From positions 2,235,700 to 2,299,699 of the forward strand of contig CAJINV010000006.1 in the NCBI GenBank assembly GCA_905178155.1: 64,000 bases of DNA, written 5' to 3'. The notes beneath the pieces were generated by a model. That model ran no database searches. It had not been told where the DNA came from and saw nothing but the letters and a program-made list of their open reading frames with translations. Below are positions 1 through 12,272 of this stretch, one piece after another. Origin of the DNA: Amoebophrya sp. A120. Its lineage: Eukaryota; Protista; Dinoflagellata. A program made the translations under genes and the position numbers. How positions within the stretch are numbered: position 1 is the stretch's first letter; every line of letters begins with the position of its first letter.

Positions 1-1000
1 TTCCTCGAAGTTGTATCTTTCCGTTGCGGGTGGCGACGAGCGGCGGTTGTCTACTCCTGGTGGATGTCGATTGGACGAAGCGCCGACGTCTTTGCGCCCC
101 GAAGACGCAATGTCAAAATGGTCCCTACTCCGGCTGGTCTTTTGCCTTTCGTGATTCTGCCCGGGGGCGTGGAGCGCGTCGTCGTCACGACCGTCGGACA
201 CCGAAGCAAGAGTCGCTCTTGTTCTTATGCGGGGTTGAAGAACGGCGTCTGAATATTCTACCTCACCGCCATCCTGTACAGGTCCATCCTCTACCACCGT
301 TGCCACATCCTCATCGCTTTGATCGGTACTTTTCGGCAAAATATTATCAGAAGGTGCTGAAGACGTAGAAGCCGCTGCGCCACTGACGTAAAACTGGTGC
401 TCATGAAAATTCCGCGGCCCACCGGTCTGTTGTTCAGGCGGTGGTGCCGTTGCGTGCGTCGTGGTAAAAACCGTGGCTGTGCCTGTGTCAGCGTGCGGTG
501 AGACGATCTTCTCGTGGTAGTTACCATCGAAGTTCCTCCCTCCTCCATCTCTCGCAGCTGCAGCATTTGGGTCGACATACAGCAGGCTTTCGAATGTTTG
601 AGTTTGACCGCTTCCAAGATTACTAGGCAAATACACGTGGTTAAAAATTTGCTCTTCAGAGCCACTTCTGGGTCCCGCAAGCTGCTGTGCCCTGGATGTT
701 GATGTAGTTCTAGCAGTAGCACTGGCTCCAGAGGAGCCGTTCCAACCTGTCTCGTGGCCGCCCAAGCACGGCCGCGGTACCAAAACGATGATCACGATCA
801 GAAAGAAGGAGGACGGCGAGGTAGAGGTTGTTCCTGAGAAGTAGGTGGAGAAGAAATTTGTATTGCCGGAAGTGGTGGTGGAACTCGAACTGCAAGAATC
901 GCTATAAGAAGAAGGAGGTGGCGGGGTCCCCTTTCTCCAAAGCAGATTTTTTCCAGTCGTGCTGGCCTCCGCATCTACTTCCAATGCAACGGTTCTTGGT
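1..1000 (-). CDS. Partial or frameshifted paralog of the hypothetical gene at 1946-2908; runs off the window edge
   Basis: 1-800 aligns with about 2102-2915. It has an extra ~260 bp at 810-1065. The start is uncertain. Confidence 0.4.
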
Positions 1001-1945
1001 TCGCCATCCGGAGAAGACGAGAAGCACTGCTGGTCTTTAAGCTGCAACATTATGATCAGGAGCAGGTAGACGTCTTTCGCTAGTACATAATTGTCGAACG
1101 ATCGAAAAAACCGAGCCGCTATTTCCAGGGTCTTCGGTGGACGTCGACGCTCCCAATTTGAATTTCTATACGCAGCCTCGTCATTAATGTGTCAACATTT
1201 GAGGGGGAGTTTCAGTTTTGAGTCGATCTCGCGGTTTAATGTGCCCTCAAACGGAAATTTTATGATCTGGGTAGAAATAATGACATCCTCATCACCAACG
1301 GAAAGGGTACAAAGTACTGTTCTATCTTCACGGCGAATAACCATATCCAAATTTTTTCGATTAGTTACAGAAACAGCACGGTGGGTAATACTACTTGTAC
1401 TTACTGTTACTACTGAATACGTCCTTTGCTTTTGCGTGGGAGCCGTTCGGGGAGGAAGGGAGGTTGGGTTTGGGTTTACACGTCGGGTCGTAACTGAGCG
1501 GAAAAGATGAAAAAAAGATCGCGTTTGACTGACAATGTCAGATCGTTTTTAGCTGTTGCAAGCTCGTCTCCGCCTGCTTGGTTCCTGCTAACAAGCTCTT
1601 CTCGTGTTCACAACAAAAAAAGTACCGATCCTTCCTGAGTCGTATCCACGCTCCTTGCGTCTGCGTAAAGTAAAGATCATCTATCGAAATCATCATATAG
1701 TGTGTGTGACGGCCGCTGCGACAGATCACGATCCTTGTCTCCGTCTGTACATGATCATTGCGAACTGCTAGTACTTATCCCGATCTGTGGGCGCCCCTTC
1801 CATCTCACTTGCTTTCGGTTGCCAGGGGTGCCAGTAGAAAAGAGACTGGAACAGATGTATCCAACAACTTCAGACCAGAAAGGTAATAGCCAGGACCTCC
1901 AGCTTCTTCATAGCCTCGTATTAACGCTGAGTGGCTTTTCCTGTT

Positions 1946-2908
1946 CTACTTTGTCCGCGCACAGAGATAGTACACTCCAATGCAAGCGAGAATGGTGAGG
2001 ATCAAAGTGTTCCAGAAGGGTAACTCGACAGATAAATGGGTCGAGTTCTTTAGAAGTAGCAACAGGTTCATGAGGTTGGGGCTGACGAATTCTGTCACGT
2101 CTTCCTCGAAGTTGTATTGTTCCATTGCGGCTGCTGATGGCGAGCGGCGGCTTTCTACTACTTCTTGGCGCTGATGAGACGAAGCGCCGACGTCTTTGCG
2201 CCCCGACGACGCAATGTGAAAATGGTGGCTGTTCCTGCTGGTCTTTTGCCTGTCGTGATTCTGCCCGGGGGCGTGGAGCGCGTCGTCGTCACGACCGTCG
2301 GACACCGAAGCAAGAGTCGCTCTTCTTCTTATGCGGGGTTGAAGAACGGCGTCTGAATATTCTACCTCACCGTCATCCTGTACAGGTCCATCCTCTACCA
2401 CGACCGTTGCCACATCCTCATCGCTTTGATCGGTACTTTTCGGCAAAATATTATCAGAAGGTGCTGAAGACGTAGAAGCCGCTGCGCCACTGACGTAAAA
2501 CTGGTGCTCATGAAAATGCCGCGGCCCACCGGTCTGTTGTTCAGGCGGTGGTGCCGTTGCGTGCGTCGTGGGAAAAACCGTGGCTGTGCCTGTGTCAGCG
2601 TGCGGTGAGACGATCTTCTCGTGGTAGTTACCATCGAAGTTCCTCTCTCCTCCATCTCTCGCAGCTGCAGGAGCATTTGCTGGGTCAACATACAGCAGGT
2701 TTTCAAACGTTTGAGTGTGACTGCTTCCGAGATTAGGCATGTAGTAGACGTGGTTAATTTGTTCTTCCACAGAGCCGCTTCTGGGTACCGCAAGCTGCGC
2801 CCGGGAAGAGGTGTCTCTAGCTGCAGTAGCACTAGCTCCTCCAGAGCCATTCCAACCTGTCTCGTGACCACCGCCCAAGCACGGCCTCGGCACCAAAACG
2901 ATGATCAC
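1946..2908 (-). CDS. Hypothetical low-complexity protein with a C-terminal hydrophobic helix
   Basis: 320-aa ORF ending FWNTLILTILACIGVYYLCARTK; conserved in the tandem copy at 1-800. Confidence 0.55.
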   Translation of the reverse strand: MIIVLVPRPCLGGGHETGWNGSGGASATAARDTSSRAQLAVPRSGSVEEQINHVYYMPNLGSSHTQTFENLLYVDPANAPAAARDGGERNFDGNYHEKIVSPHADTGTATVFPTTHATAPPPEQQTGGPRHFHEHQFYVSGAAASTSSAPSDNILPKSTDQSDEDVATVVVEDGPVQDDGEVEYSDAVLQPRIRRRATLASVSDGRDDDALHAPGQNHDRQKTSRNSHHFHIASSGRKDVGASSHQRQEVVESRRSPSAAAMEQYNFEEDVTEFVSPNLMNLLLLLKNSTHLSVELPFWNTLILTILACIGVYYLCARTK

Positions 2909-5900
2909 GATCAGAAAAAAGGTGGACGTCTTTCACTACCAGGTGGACGTCTTTCACTACATTGTCGAACGATCAAAAAAACCGGGCCGCTATTTCCAGG
3001 CTCTTCGGTGGACGACGCTCCCAATTTCTATTTCTATCCGCAACCTGCTCATCAATGTGTCAACATTTGAGGGGGGGATTTCAGTTCTGAGTCAATCTTG
3101 CGGTTTCTTGTGCCCTCAAACGGAAGTTTCATCTGGGTAGCAATAATGACATCATCATCACCAAGGGAAAGGGTAGGAAGTACTGTTCTATAATCGCGGC
3201 GAATAACAATATACCATATCCAAATTTCGATTACAAAGTACAGCACGGTAATCCTAGTTGTACTTAAGTACTACTGAATACGTCCTTTTGCTTTTGCGTG
3301 GGAGCCATTCGGGGAGGGAGTTTGGGTTTGGGTTTGCATGTCGTGTCGTAACTGCGAGGAAAAAATTAAGTAAAAAAAAACACGTGGTTTGACGTGACAG
3401 TTACACCGTCTCGTCTCCACCTGCTTGGTTGCTGCTAGCAAGCTCTTCTCGTGTCACAACAAAAAAAGTACCGATCCTTCCTGTCTATCTTCCACGCTTG
3501 CGTCTGCGTAAAGTGAAGATCATCAATCTATCGAGCATCATCATCAATATGTCTATCGGCCGCCGATGTGACAGATCAAGATCCTCGCTTGTAAATCATT
3601 GGGAACTGCTAGAACTTGCTTCACCTTGCAGGCGCGCGTGCCCCAGTAGTATTCAAAAAGCCTGCTCTTGCGATGTTAAGAGACTGGAACAGATCTATGG
3701 AATGTCAGACCAGAAAGGTGCTGACGACCTCCATCTTCGTAGCCTTATACTAACGCTGAGTGGCTTTTCCTGTTCTACTTTGTCCGCGCACTTTGCTTCA
3801 AGTAGTTAGAGCTTGGACACCCGTCAGAAACATGGGTGGTGACTTTCGAGTGACACATGAGCATTTTGCAGCAACAAGGCTTGCCGGGAGTGGGGCGCCA
3901 CGTGGAAAAATTGGCGTCGTTTTCTTTTCGGCCGGCTGCCCTGCACAGGGCAGCCAGACATGGCGCCCAGGAGCTCCCACATTTCGGCGGGATTAAACAC
4001 TCTGTAGCCTGATTGCACCCCTAGGAGCGGCCACAACCCACGCCCTATCTAGTCACACCACACTGACACTTTCCTGCTTTTTTGGAATCCAAGAAAAAGC
4101 TGACTTTTTGAAGAAAAATTCGCCAAAATGTCAGAATTCCCGAGATTCCGATAATTTCGGCCAAGTTTGAGAGCTAAACACGGTGGCACTCTTGGTGTCA
4201 CCGGGCTCAAAATCGAGCCCGGTGACACGGAGCACAAGTCGTCTGTCACCGGGACGATTTCTGGTGTCACCATCGGCTGTCACAGCTCGTGGTGACACGA
4301 AATTCGCGATTTTTTTGGCTCCGTGTCACCGCCCCGTGTCACCACTCGTGTCACCAACCCAAAAAGCTGCCCCGATGCCCTCCCACCCCCGCTTGATATC
4401 TGCCCAAATGGCCCCCAGATAGGCTTGATAGCTGCCACAGTGGACCCCTGAATGCACGCGCAGCAGCCTGGAGTCAGCATCTTAATGACGACTCCAGGCT
4501 TCATAACTGCATCTATTGAGGCTGTGGCAGACGCTTTGCCTGTAAGTACATCAACGCTTCTTCATAGCCTCATATTAACGCTGAGTGGCTTTTCCTGTTC
4601 TACTTTGTCCGCACACTTTGCTTCAAGTAGGTTCATCCTCTGTTGTATGATTCAACATGCAGGACATTGATACGCACTACATGGTCCTCGCTCCTTGATG
4701 TCCTGCGACTGTGAAGTAAAGGTAAAGTGAATCGCGTCGGGTGCCATACTTCTACTGTAAGTGGAAACTCTACTTCACGTGAAGGAAGGAAGAATTTCTG
4801 TTTATATCTTCAGGGGAGTTGAAAACCTTCTAAGAGGTACTAAAATAATATTGAAGCTGCGAGTGGTCCCAGCAATTGTCATTTTCTTTTCTACTACGTG
4901 AGAGCAGGGGCCGAATTTTTCGCAGGTGCCATGACGTCAATCTGGGGGCGCCGCTTCATCTTGTCGGGGGGCGTGTGTGGGGCGGGTTAAAAATAAATGG
5001 GGATAAAACAAAAATAGCTCCAAACAAATAATAAGTCGATTAATATACACAAAAGGCAGCACAAAAGAAAAAAGAATGAGCAGCAATAGAACTACCTGTG
5101 CTACGAGCAGAATTTGATAGTGAACTACGAAATGAATTTCAAAGCATCAACACTTGCTCAACACAACCGAATGAAGCATCGCAGCCACTCCCTGAAAGTA
5201 GGAGTAGAGAAAGCAACGACTGCATCCGATATCTTCTCGAAGTGAAAAAACATGCGTTCTTGTTGTTCACAGGCTTTCATCTTTCTGTAGCTGTAAGACT
5301 AAGAAGTGCTGCTCACCTTCATAGGCATGCTATGCAGTAAGGCAAGTAAAGGAGATCACTACGCTACTTCTACTTTGAAAAAATCTGAATCGTGACTTTT
5401 TCAAATCTTCATGCGATCAAATTGGTTTTTTTTTTTTCATTTGTGCATGGGGACGCGCGGGCTCCGCGTGCTCTTTTACGTTTCGCAGTTGAAGATAGAA
5501 AAAGAGGAAACTGAGGCTGGTAACTGTTGGGTAAAAAGTAATGGGTTGGGTAGATAAAGAGATCTATCGAAAAACAAACTCTAACGGTAGGTATGGTCGT
5601 GCTCTTCGTAAAGGTCCATCTGCTATGCGTTTGACTGTTTGTTTCTCTTTCTGTAACGATCTCTTGCGTATGTGCTCTTAGGATGGTATGGCCTTGCCTT
5701 AACTTGTATAAACTTCCGCGCTTCTTCGGTTTTCGGTCGTGCTTTCTAACTACTTTCGCTGTGAAGATAATTGTGCTTCTAGTAACAAAGACAGAAATCT
5801 CGGTTTATCCACCATAGCATGGGGACCAGGCGTGCTGTTTAGTTTTAAAAAGTGCCAGAAAAATGGAGTACTTCGTCGGTGTTTGCTGTGCTGCTTACTG

Positions 5901-6024
5901 CGGTTGAAGGTTGAGATGTTTATCATACCGTCGTAAGCGCTATTTCACAGAACCAACACCGCTCCTACAGATCGTGTGAAGACCACAGAGGATCGTTAAC
6001 ACAACTAGCAAGACCTGATCCTGC

Positions 6025-9000
6025 TCACGTCGGCACCCCAAGGCTGGTTCTCGGACCACCCCCGCCACCACCGCCGCCCGGCGGTCCACGAACCCCTCCG
6101 CGCGGACTGGCCTGCGGCTTCGAACCCCCGCGCGGGCTTGCTTGCGGTATGGGAATGTCAGGATTGAAATCGACAAAGTTGATATTAACTTGTAATGCAT
6201 AAAATTGATACCAATTGGACCCGCCGTTTCTAGTCGGCGCATGACAAATTTTGTCCGTACCGGAAGCCAGTTTGTCATGCTGTTTAGGGCAAAGGGGCAT
6301 CCCCTCAGTGATGCTAATCAGCGGCCCAATTATCGATCCTTACCAGCACTACAATCTGCATCCATTGCGTCCTCTACAATAGAGGCAGTCTTTGCGCTGC
6401 ATTTTATATATGCATGGCAAATCATTTCAACTTTGATGATTTCAATCCTGACAATCCCATATGCGGCTTCATTCCGGTCGTAGAACCCCCAAAGTCGTTG
6501 CAAAAGTATCGCACTCGTATAAATGCATATACAAACTTCCTCAGCATGAGAAATGAAATTTGTAATGCAGAGTTGCCTTGGAAACAAGATTTGTAATGCA
6601 AGACTTGCATTTGTACGAGTACGATAATTTTGCACAGGATACATTCCGGTAGATCCTCTGGGCGAGGGTCCGGGGACGTGCCCATGGCTGGTACGTGGGG
6701 AGCCGCCCCGGGGTATGAATTGCAAAAATGTCTGGGTCTGGAAGAATGCAGGAGTTTGTCATGCATTTTCGCATGACGCCTGACGCCTGTAATGCATGAT
6801 CTAGCAACACAGATTTTTAGAGGGCTTTCTAATGCCTATTCCGCATGAGAAATGCCCTCTCCGCGTAACACAAACTGGTACTGGAGTACTGTTGCTGGTC
6901 ATGCAATACAGATTTCTTTGGAATCCAGAGACAGCATTACAAGTTCCTTTCTTCCAGACCCAGACATATTTGCAATGCATACGGGGAGACGGTGGCATGT
7001 CCACGCGATGGGAAACTTGTTGGCCCCGGGGAGAAGCGGGTGGTTTTTCTGTAGTTTTTTGTATAAAGTTTTATAACATTTTCATTTGGATGCACGATTG
7101 TCTTGTATTTCAATGTCAATCGATACCAGCATCTCGGAGGTGGGTAAATCTACATGTTCATATTAACTATAAGAATTTGAATTTAAGCAGCTTAAATTCA
7201 GATTCTTATAGTTATATAAGCTTAAATTAAGCTTATATAACGTAACAAAAATTTTGATTGTCATTTATATGTCCAGGCTTGAAGGAGCTGCCGAACGAGG
7301 CCGAAATTGTTGAAGTAGCCACTTCAGCAATTTGCGTTGTGCAAATTGTTGAAGTGGGCACTCCAACAATTTGCGTTGTTGTCCAGCTTCAGTTTGCAAC
7401 GTGTCACGCAACGGCTATTGAGATGGGTACTTCAGCACTCTGATGGAAAGTTAAGCACCAATAACCACTTCAATAACAAGCGCGTGACAAATTGCAAATT
7501 GAACAACAAGACAGATTCGGGTTGAAGTGAGACGGCGAGCACGCCCCGCCGTCGCTTTTTTCCTCTCTCACGAAAAATCTGCACGCCCCTAACTGTTGGG
7601 TGAGGAAAAACAAAACAAACGCGCGGCGCGCAGCGCCGCGCCAAGCCCAAAATTTTGGGCGGCGGAGGAAGGCGCGGCCTTCTTTTTTAAGAAGTGCACG
7701 ACGCGCGCGAGTTTTTTTTCTTTGTTTTTTCTCGCTGCGATGAGGGCCATTCTTTTGCTGTAGCCTTGGTGGTTTTTCTGTAGTGGTACCCTTGGGAGAA
7801 GCAGGTGGTTTTTCTGTAGTTTTTTGTAAAGTTTGTTCACGTTTTGATTTTCATGCACGGCTGCCTAGCTAGTAGTGCAAAATTGTGTACCAGGCTAGTG
7901 CAAAATTGTGTACCATGCTAGAAGATCAACAGCAAAAGGTATTTAATCATCTTCTAAATCATAGCAACAAAATTTAAATTTAACGAAGCATGGCAATTCC
8001 AATAAATTAAAATTTGAGTATACGTCCAGGCTTGAAGGAGCTGCCGAAATTGTCGCTGACGCCGGATTTCTCTTCCGCAGCAACCTTGGTTCCGCGGGCG
8101 CCCCCTCTGCCCATAGACATATGCATTGCAAAAGTATCGCACTCGTATACATGCATTACAAATTTCCTTAGCATGAGAAAGAAAATTTGTAAATGCGGAT
8201 TTAGCTTAAAAACGAGATTTGTAATGCATGTTTGCAATTACTACGAGTACGATGCTTTTGCATTTGATAAGACAATCGACTTCCCAGTTCCATCGTCATG
8301 CCGCGGCTATCAAGTGCAAACTTGATGTTTGGGTATGGAAGCTTGTTGTGACATCGCTATGATGTGGCGAATCACGTGAAGACGCCTCCATCGACAGCCA
8401 AGCATGAAAAATTTCTAAGCTGTTAAGCCTACGTGTAGTTGCCTATCTTGCATGACAAACTGCGTTCTTTCTGCATGGCAGAGAAAAGCGGCTGTTCTTG
8501 GGTAACGTGCATGGCAGACTTGAGAGTCCTGCATGACAGACTCGAGAGTCCTTTGAGTCAGAGAGAGAGTCATCCTCGCTCTGCATGACAAACCTTGCGA
8601 CATCATGCTTCCAGACCCAGACATGTTCACAGTTGATAGCGGCCCCAGGCAAACGATTTCCCCTTTTCGATTTTCCTCCGCTCCGTCAAGCCCCCCGCTA
8701 TGAAAGCCTCAGGTTGGAAATTCTCGAAGTGGAAAGAATTTGTAATGCAAAAAAACGACTGCAGTTGAAGCAAGCGCCATTTGTAGTCGGCGCATGACAA
8801 ATTTCTCGGGCACTCAAAGCATGTCTGTCATGCAGGTTAAGGCAAGGGGTGCCTTTCTCTCGTGCTAAGCAGCACTCCAATTCTTCACCCCTAGCTGCAG
8901 GACAATAGCCGGCCTCCATTGCGTCCTCTGCAATACAGAGGTTTTTGCGTAGCATTTCATGCATCACAAATTATTTCCACTTTGAGGATTTCCAACGTGA

Positions 9001-9923
9001 GGCTTTCATACCCGCTTGCGCATCCAGCCTGCTTTCCCGCAGCATCGAGTGACAGCCGTAGGCAAAGAGGGCGAGAATGACCACACATCCTGTGCAAAAG
9101 TATCGTACTCGTACTAATTGCATTTATGCATTACAAATCTCTTTCTCAAGGCAAATCAGCATTACAAATTCAATTTGTAATGCTGGGCCAATTTGTAATG
9201 CAATTTATACTAGTACGATGCTTTTGTATTGCATACCACACCGCCGATGGCAATTCCCGCGACGGCCGCCGTGCCAAGCCCCTCGTCGCTGTCATCACCG
9301 GAAGCGGCGGCGGCGGCGCCTGCTTCACACACCGCGGTGTAGTCTGCTGGTGTGCGGTACGCGAGAGCCTGATAGATTTACATTTAGATTTTAGCATGTG
9401 GATTTAGTGGGGCATGACAAAAACAAATGAGCCCTCGCAGCCGGTACGACGTCTGGCTCTACTGGAGGTGATTTTTGTACTTACTTACACAACTTAGTCT
9501 TAGTACGCGACGACGTCGAACTGCAACTGCACGAGCACGAGAACGGTAGGTGCCTCTTTTCATCAAAAACAGGTGAAAATAGGAGAACAAAACAATCCAA
9601 AATAAACTAACGATGGCGATCGCTATGAAGAACAAAAACATCATCCTCATAGAAGTATGTACCTGTGTCGGGTGCACGTAGCAGTTCGCGGCACAGGCTA
9701 CGCAGTAGGTGTTATCTGCATTCACCCCTGTGCTCGAATCGACGCAGAGCATGGTATCGTGGCTCCACTCGAGGGCGAAAAGACCATCATTCCGGATTCG
9801 CTTGACAAGAGCGCGCTTCCAAACTCCATTGTACTGCGCGTAAATGTAGGAATTCGTCGAGCAGGCGGAACTCAGGCGCACCAGAAGAGATGCAAATAAG
9901 AGGTGGAAGATGAAATTCGCCAT
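6025..9923 (-). CDS. Multi-exon type-I membrane protein: signal peptide, Cys-rich ectodomain, one TM helix, SPRG-repeat tail
   Basis: Removing 7 TIR elements and the GT-AG intron 7049-8023 gives MANFIFHLLFASLL...GLGTAAVAGIAIGGVVILALFAYGC...KPQASPRGGSKPQASPRGG...PT*. Exon structure at 9370-9662 is uncertain. Confidence 0.75.
6148..6461. mobile_element. TIR introner-like element, family D
   Basis: TIR TATGGGA.TGTCAGGATTGAAATC; 5-bp DR TGCGG; frame restored. Confidence 0.9.
6492..6641. mobile_element. TIR introner-like element, family A, left end degenerate
   Basis: TGCAAAAGTATCGCACTCGTA...TACGAGTACGATAATTTTGCACAGGATA. CATTCCGGT is repeated at 6470 and 6642; junction uncertain. Confidence 0.75.
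6714..6981. mobile_element. TIR introner-like element, family B
   Basis: TIR TAT....TGCAAA.ATGTCTGGGTCTGGAAG; DR CGGGG. Confidence 0.9.
8120..8269. mobile_element. TIR introner-like element, family A (150 bp)
   Basis: Family A TIR; DR AGACA. Confidence 0.9.
8308..8638. mobile_element. TIR introner-like element, family B variant
   Basis: Degenerate family B TIR; DR GCGGC. Confidence 0.85.
8699..9010. mobile_element. TIR introner-like element, family C
   Basis: TIR TATGAAAGCCTCA.GTTGGAAAT.CTC.AAGTGGAAA; DR CCCGC. Confidence 0.9.
9086..9235. mobile_element. TIR introner-like element, family A (150 bp)
   Basis: DR CCACA; interrupts the TM helix codons. Confidence 0.9.
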
Positions 9924-10973
9924 TCTGATCAGTGGTCGGAGTTTTTTGCAAAAAAAAACACGTAGTAAAGTACTAGTGTATACAGGTTTTCAGACTTGGT
10001 AATTTTTTCACTCAGCTTCAAACACGAAAGCATCCTTGCGAGAACTGCTTTCTTGTGGGACTATTCGAATCTGAATGGGGTACCTGAGGGGGAGAGCAGC
10101 AAAGGAAAATCAAGATGCGCCTCTAGCGGAAAAGAAAACAAAAAAGTGCCGAAAAGAATGGTCAAACTAACATCCTCGTACGTGCGTCAGGAGTTCGAGT
10201 TAGTAGCGGCTACTCGGGGTGCACGAAATAAAACTATCCCGTCGTGTACGAAAATTGTTGTGTTTGGTGCGCGAAGTCGTCGAATCCCGAAAATGCACGA
10301 CATTGAAATTCATTTAATCACAAGCGAATCCGAATGCGAAACATGTTGCACGAACCGATAAATAATGGCTTTCTTCAAATTCGTACGACTCATCATGTAG
10401 TCCATGCAGCTGCGTTTACCGAGGATTCTATCATTGCGCGAGTTGGAGTTTCAAAAATCCCTTTCCCTTTTCGAGCACATGTAATCAGAAGCGAGAGCTC
10501 CAGAAGTGTGGCATTTGGCCTGAGCTGCACAACGAAAAAAAGACCGATCCCGATGTTGAAGTTGATGTGCGCAAATAAATCGTACACGGTTCTTCTGCCC
10601 ATATTATAGCGAAAAAATCTCACAAAGAACATCAAATGGAAGCCGCCGCAGCTGCTAAACATTAACATTTCTTGACGTGGCAGGATTCATCAGCCTAGGT
10701 AGCCTAAGACAGCGCATACGCCGACACGATGGACACGATTCCTACATGCTATGACCCTTGCAGGAGTATCTAAATTTCCGATGCGTTCTTTACAACGAAA
10801 AAATCTTCGTGCTATCGAAAATAGTAAATGCGAATGCCTCGGGCGGTACTGACACCTGTACCTGCCGCGGGCGCAGCTGCCCCGTACTATAACTATTGCA
10901 TTATCCTTATACTGGATTTTTTGCGCAAAACATAGGAGTACTGCCGGAGGTCCGAGCTCCTCACTCCTTCTTT

Positions 10974-12272
10974 TCACAACCTACTCTGCACATGTTTCGA
11001 CTTCAGCAGCGGGTCCGGGCCATACCAGGGCTTCTCGTATGCATTGCAAAAGTACCGTACTAGTATGAATTGCAGTACAAACTGGCTCAGCATTGCAAAT
11101 CAATAAATTTGTAATGCGGATCTTTTTTTATTGGCTCGCAAATTTGTAATGCGGATTTCCCTTAACATCTAGATTTGTAAATGCATAATTGCAATCAGTA
11201 CGAGTACGATAGTTTTGCACAGGATATCTCGAAAAAAAACGCGATCTCCTCAAACCGATCAGAGCCGAAAAATTTCATAACCTTCGCTGGCGCTCTACTC
11301 GTCTCGCTCCGCTCCACGACCAGCCAAGGCGCACCGAAGGCACCGTGTTCTTCAATAGCTTCTTTCGTGTTATCGGCGAGTTTCTGCTTCACCGCAGCTG
11401 AGCTCTTCGCCTGCTCTAGCAAAGCGGCTTTCTTCTTGTTTACGTCTGGGTGTAACGTGTTGTTGTTTCCATCATGGCCTCCACCTAATATCGTATCCAA
11501 AATCAGGTCGTCAGTGACAGGCGGAATACTGTTCTGGTTCTCCCCCACCCTCCCGTCGAGTACTTTTCCCGTGGAATGAACAAGATCGAACGCGTTCTGA
11601 ATCGCTTCGTACTTCTTTTCTTTTTCCCACATTTGATCCCCGATCACCGCAACCAAGACTCGTTGCACCGTAATGTAGCTCTTTTGAAACTCCTTGTCGA
11701 AGAAATTATCCGTATGACACCCTCAGAATGGAAATCCTCAAAGTGGAAATAATTTGTGATGCATGGAATGCGACACCAAAAAGACTGTGTTGCAGCGAAC
11801 GCAATGGAAGCCGACTATTGTGCTTCTACGGGTTCAGAATTGGGCTGCTGATTAGCATGAGAGAAGAGCACCCATTTGCCTAACTAGCATGACAGACGCG
11901 TTTTGAGTGCCCGGGAAATTTGTCATGCGCCGACTATAAATGGCGCTTCAACTGGAGTCGTTTTTTTGCATTACAAATTATTTTCACTTTGAGGATTTCC
12001 AACCTGAGGCTTTCATAATCCGGCGGGAAAGATTCCAAGTGCGGTAGGTTGAAAAATGCCCGCGCGCGCTGCATCTCCCCGACTAAATACGGTGCTTTCT
12101 GGGGTAAGAGCCCGGGCGGTCTGTTCCCCGTCTGCTTCATCACGCCGCCGAGAAAAATAGGTTTCAAAACCAATTCAAAGTCCCAGATCTTCTCGTAGCG
12201 ACGCAACACATGCCAAGCCAGGTTGGCGTACGGGGAAACGGAGTCGAAATAGAAATGGATACGCATTTTCAT
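10974..12272 (-). CDS. GSTK1: Glutathione S-transferase kappa / DsbA-like HCCA isomerase family protein
   Basis: FYFDSVSPYA, PIFLGGVMK, GAFGAPW, FFGSDRFE and KPWYGP are joined after removing 2 elements. The start may be further upstream. Confidence 0.9.
11038..11226. mobile_element. TIR introner-like element, family A
   Basis: DR TCTCG; frame restored (FFE|KPW). Confidence 0.9.
11713..12017. mobile_element. TIR introner-like element, family C, opposite orientation to 8699
   Basis: DR ATCCG; frame restored (FPPD|NFFD). Confidence 0.9.

Larger units (their letters stand above)
1..3805. repeat. Tandem segmental duplication with a ~1.9-2.1 kb unit, plus a further fragment at ~4557-4630
   Basis: 1-1960 resembles 2102-3800. 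The segment TAACGCTGAGTGGCTTTTCCTGTTCTACTTTGTCCGC occurs at ~1922, ~3751 and ~4576. Confidence 0.85.

Noticed and set aside
1463-1477. GGGTTT runs here and at ~3322 and ~59070 as telomeric repeats
   Set aside because: Only 2-3 units, internal, and not an array.
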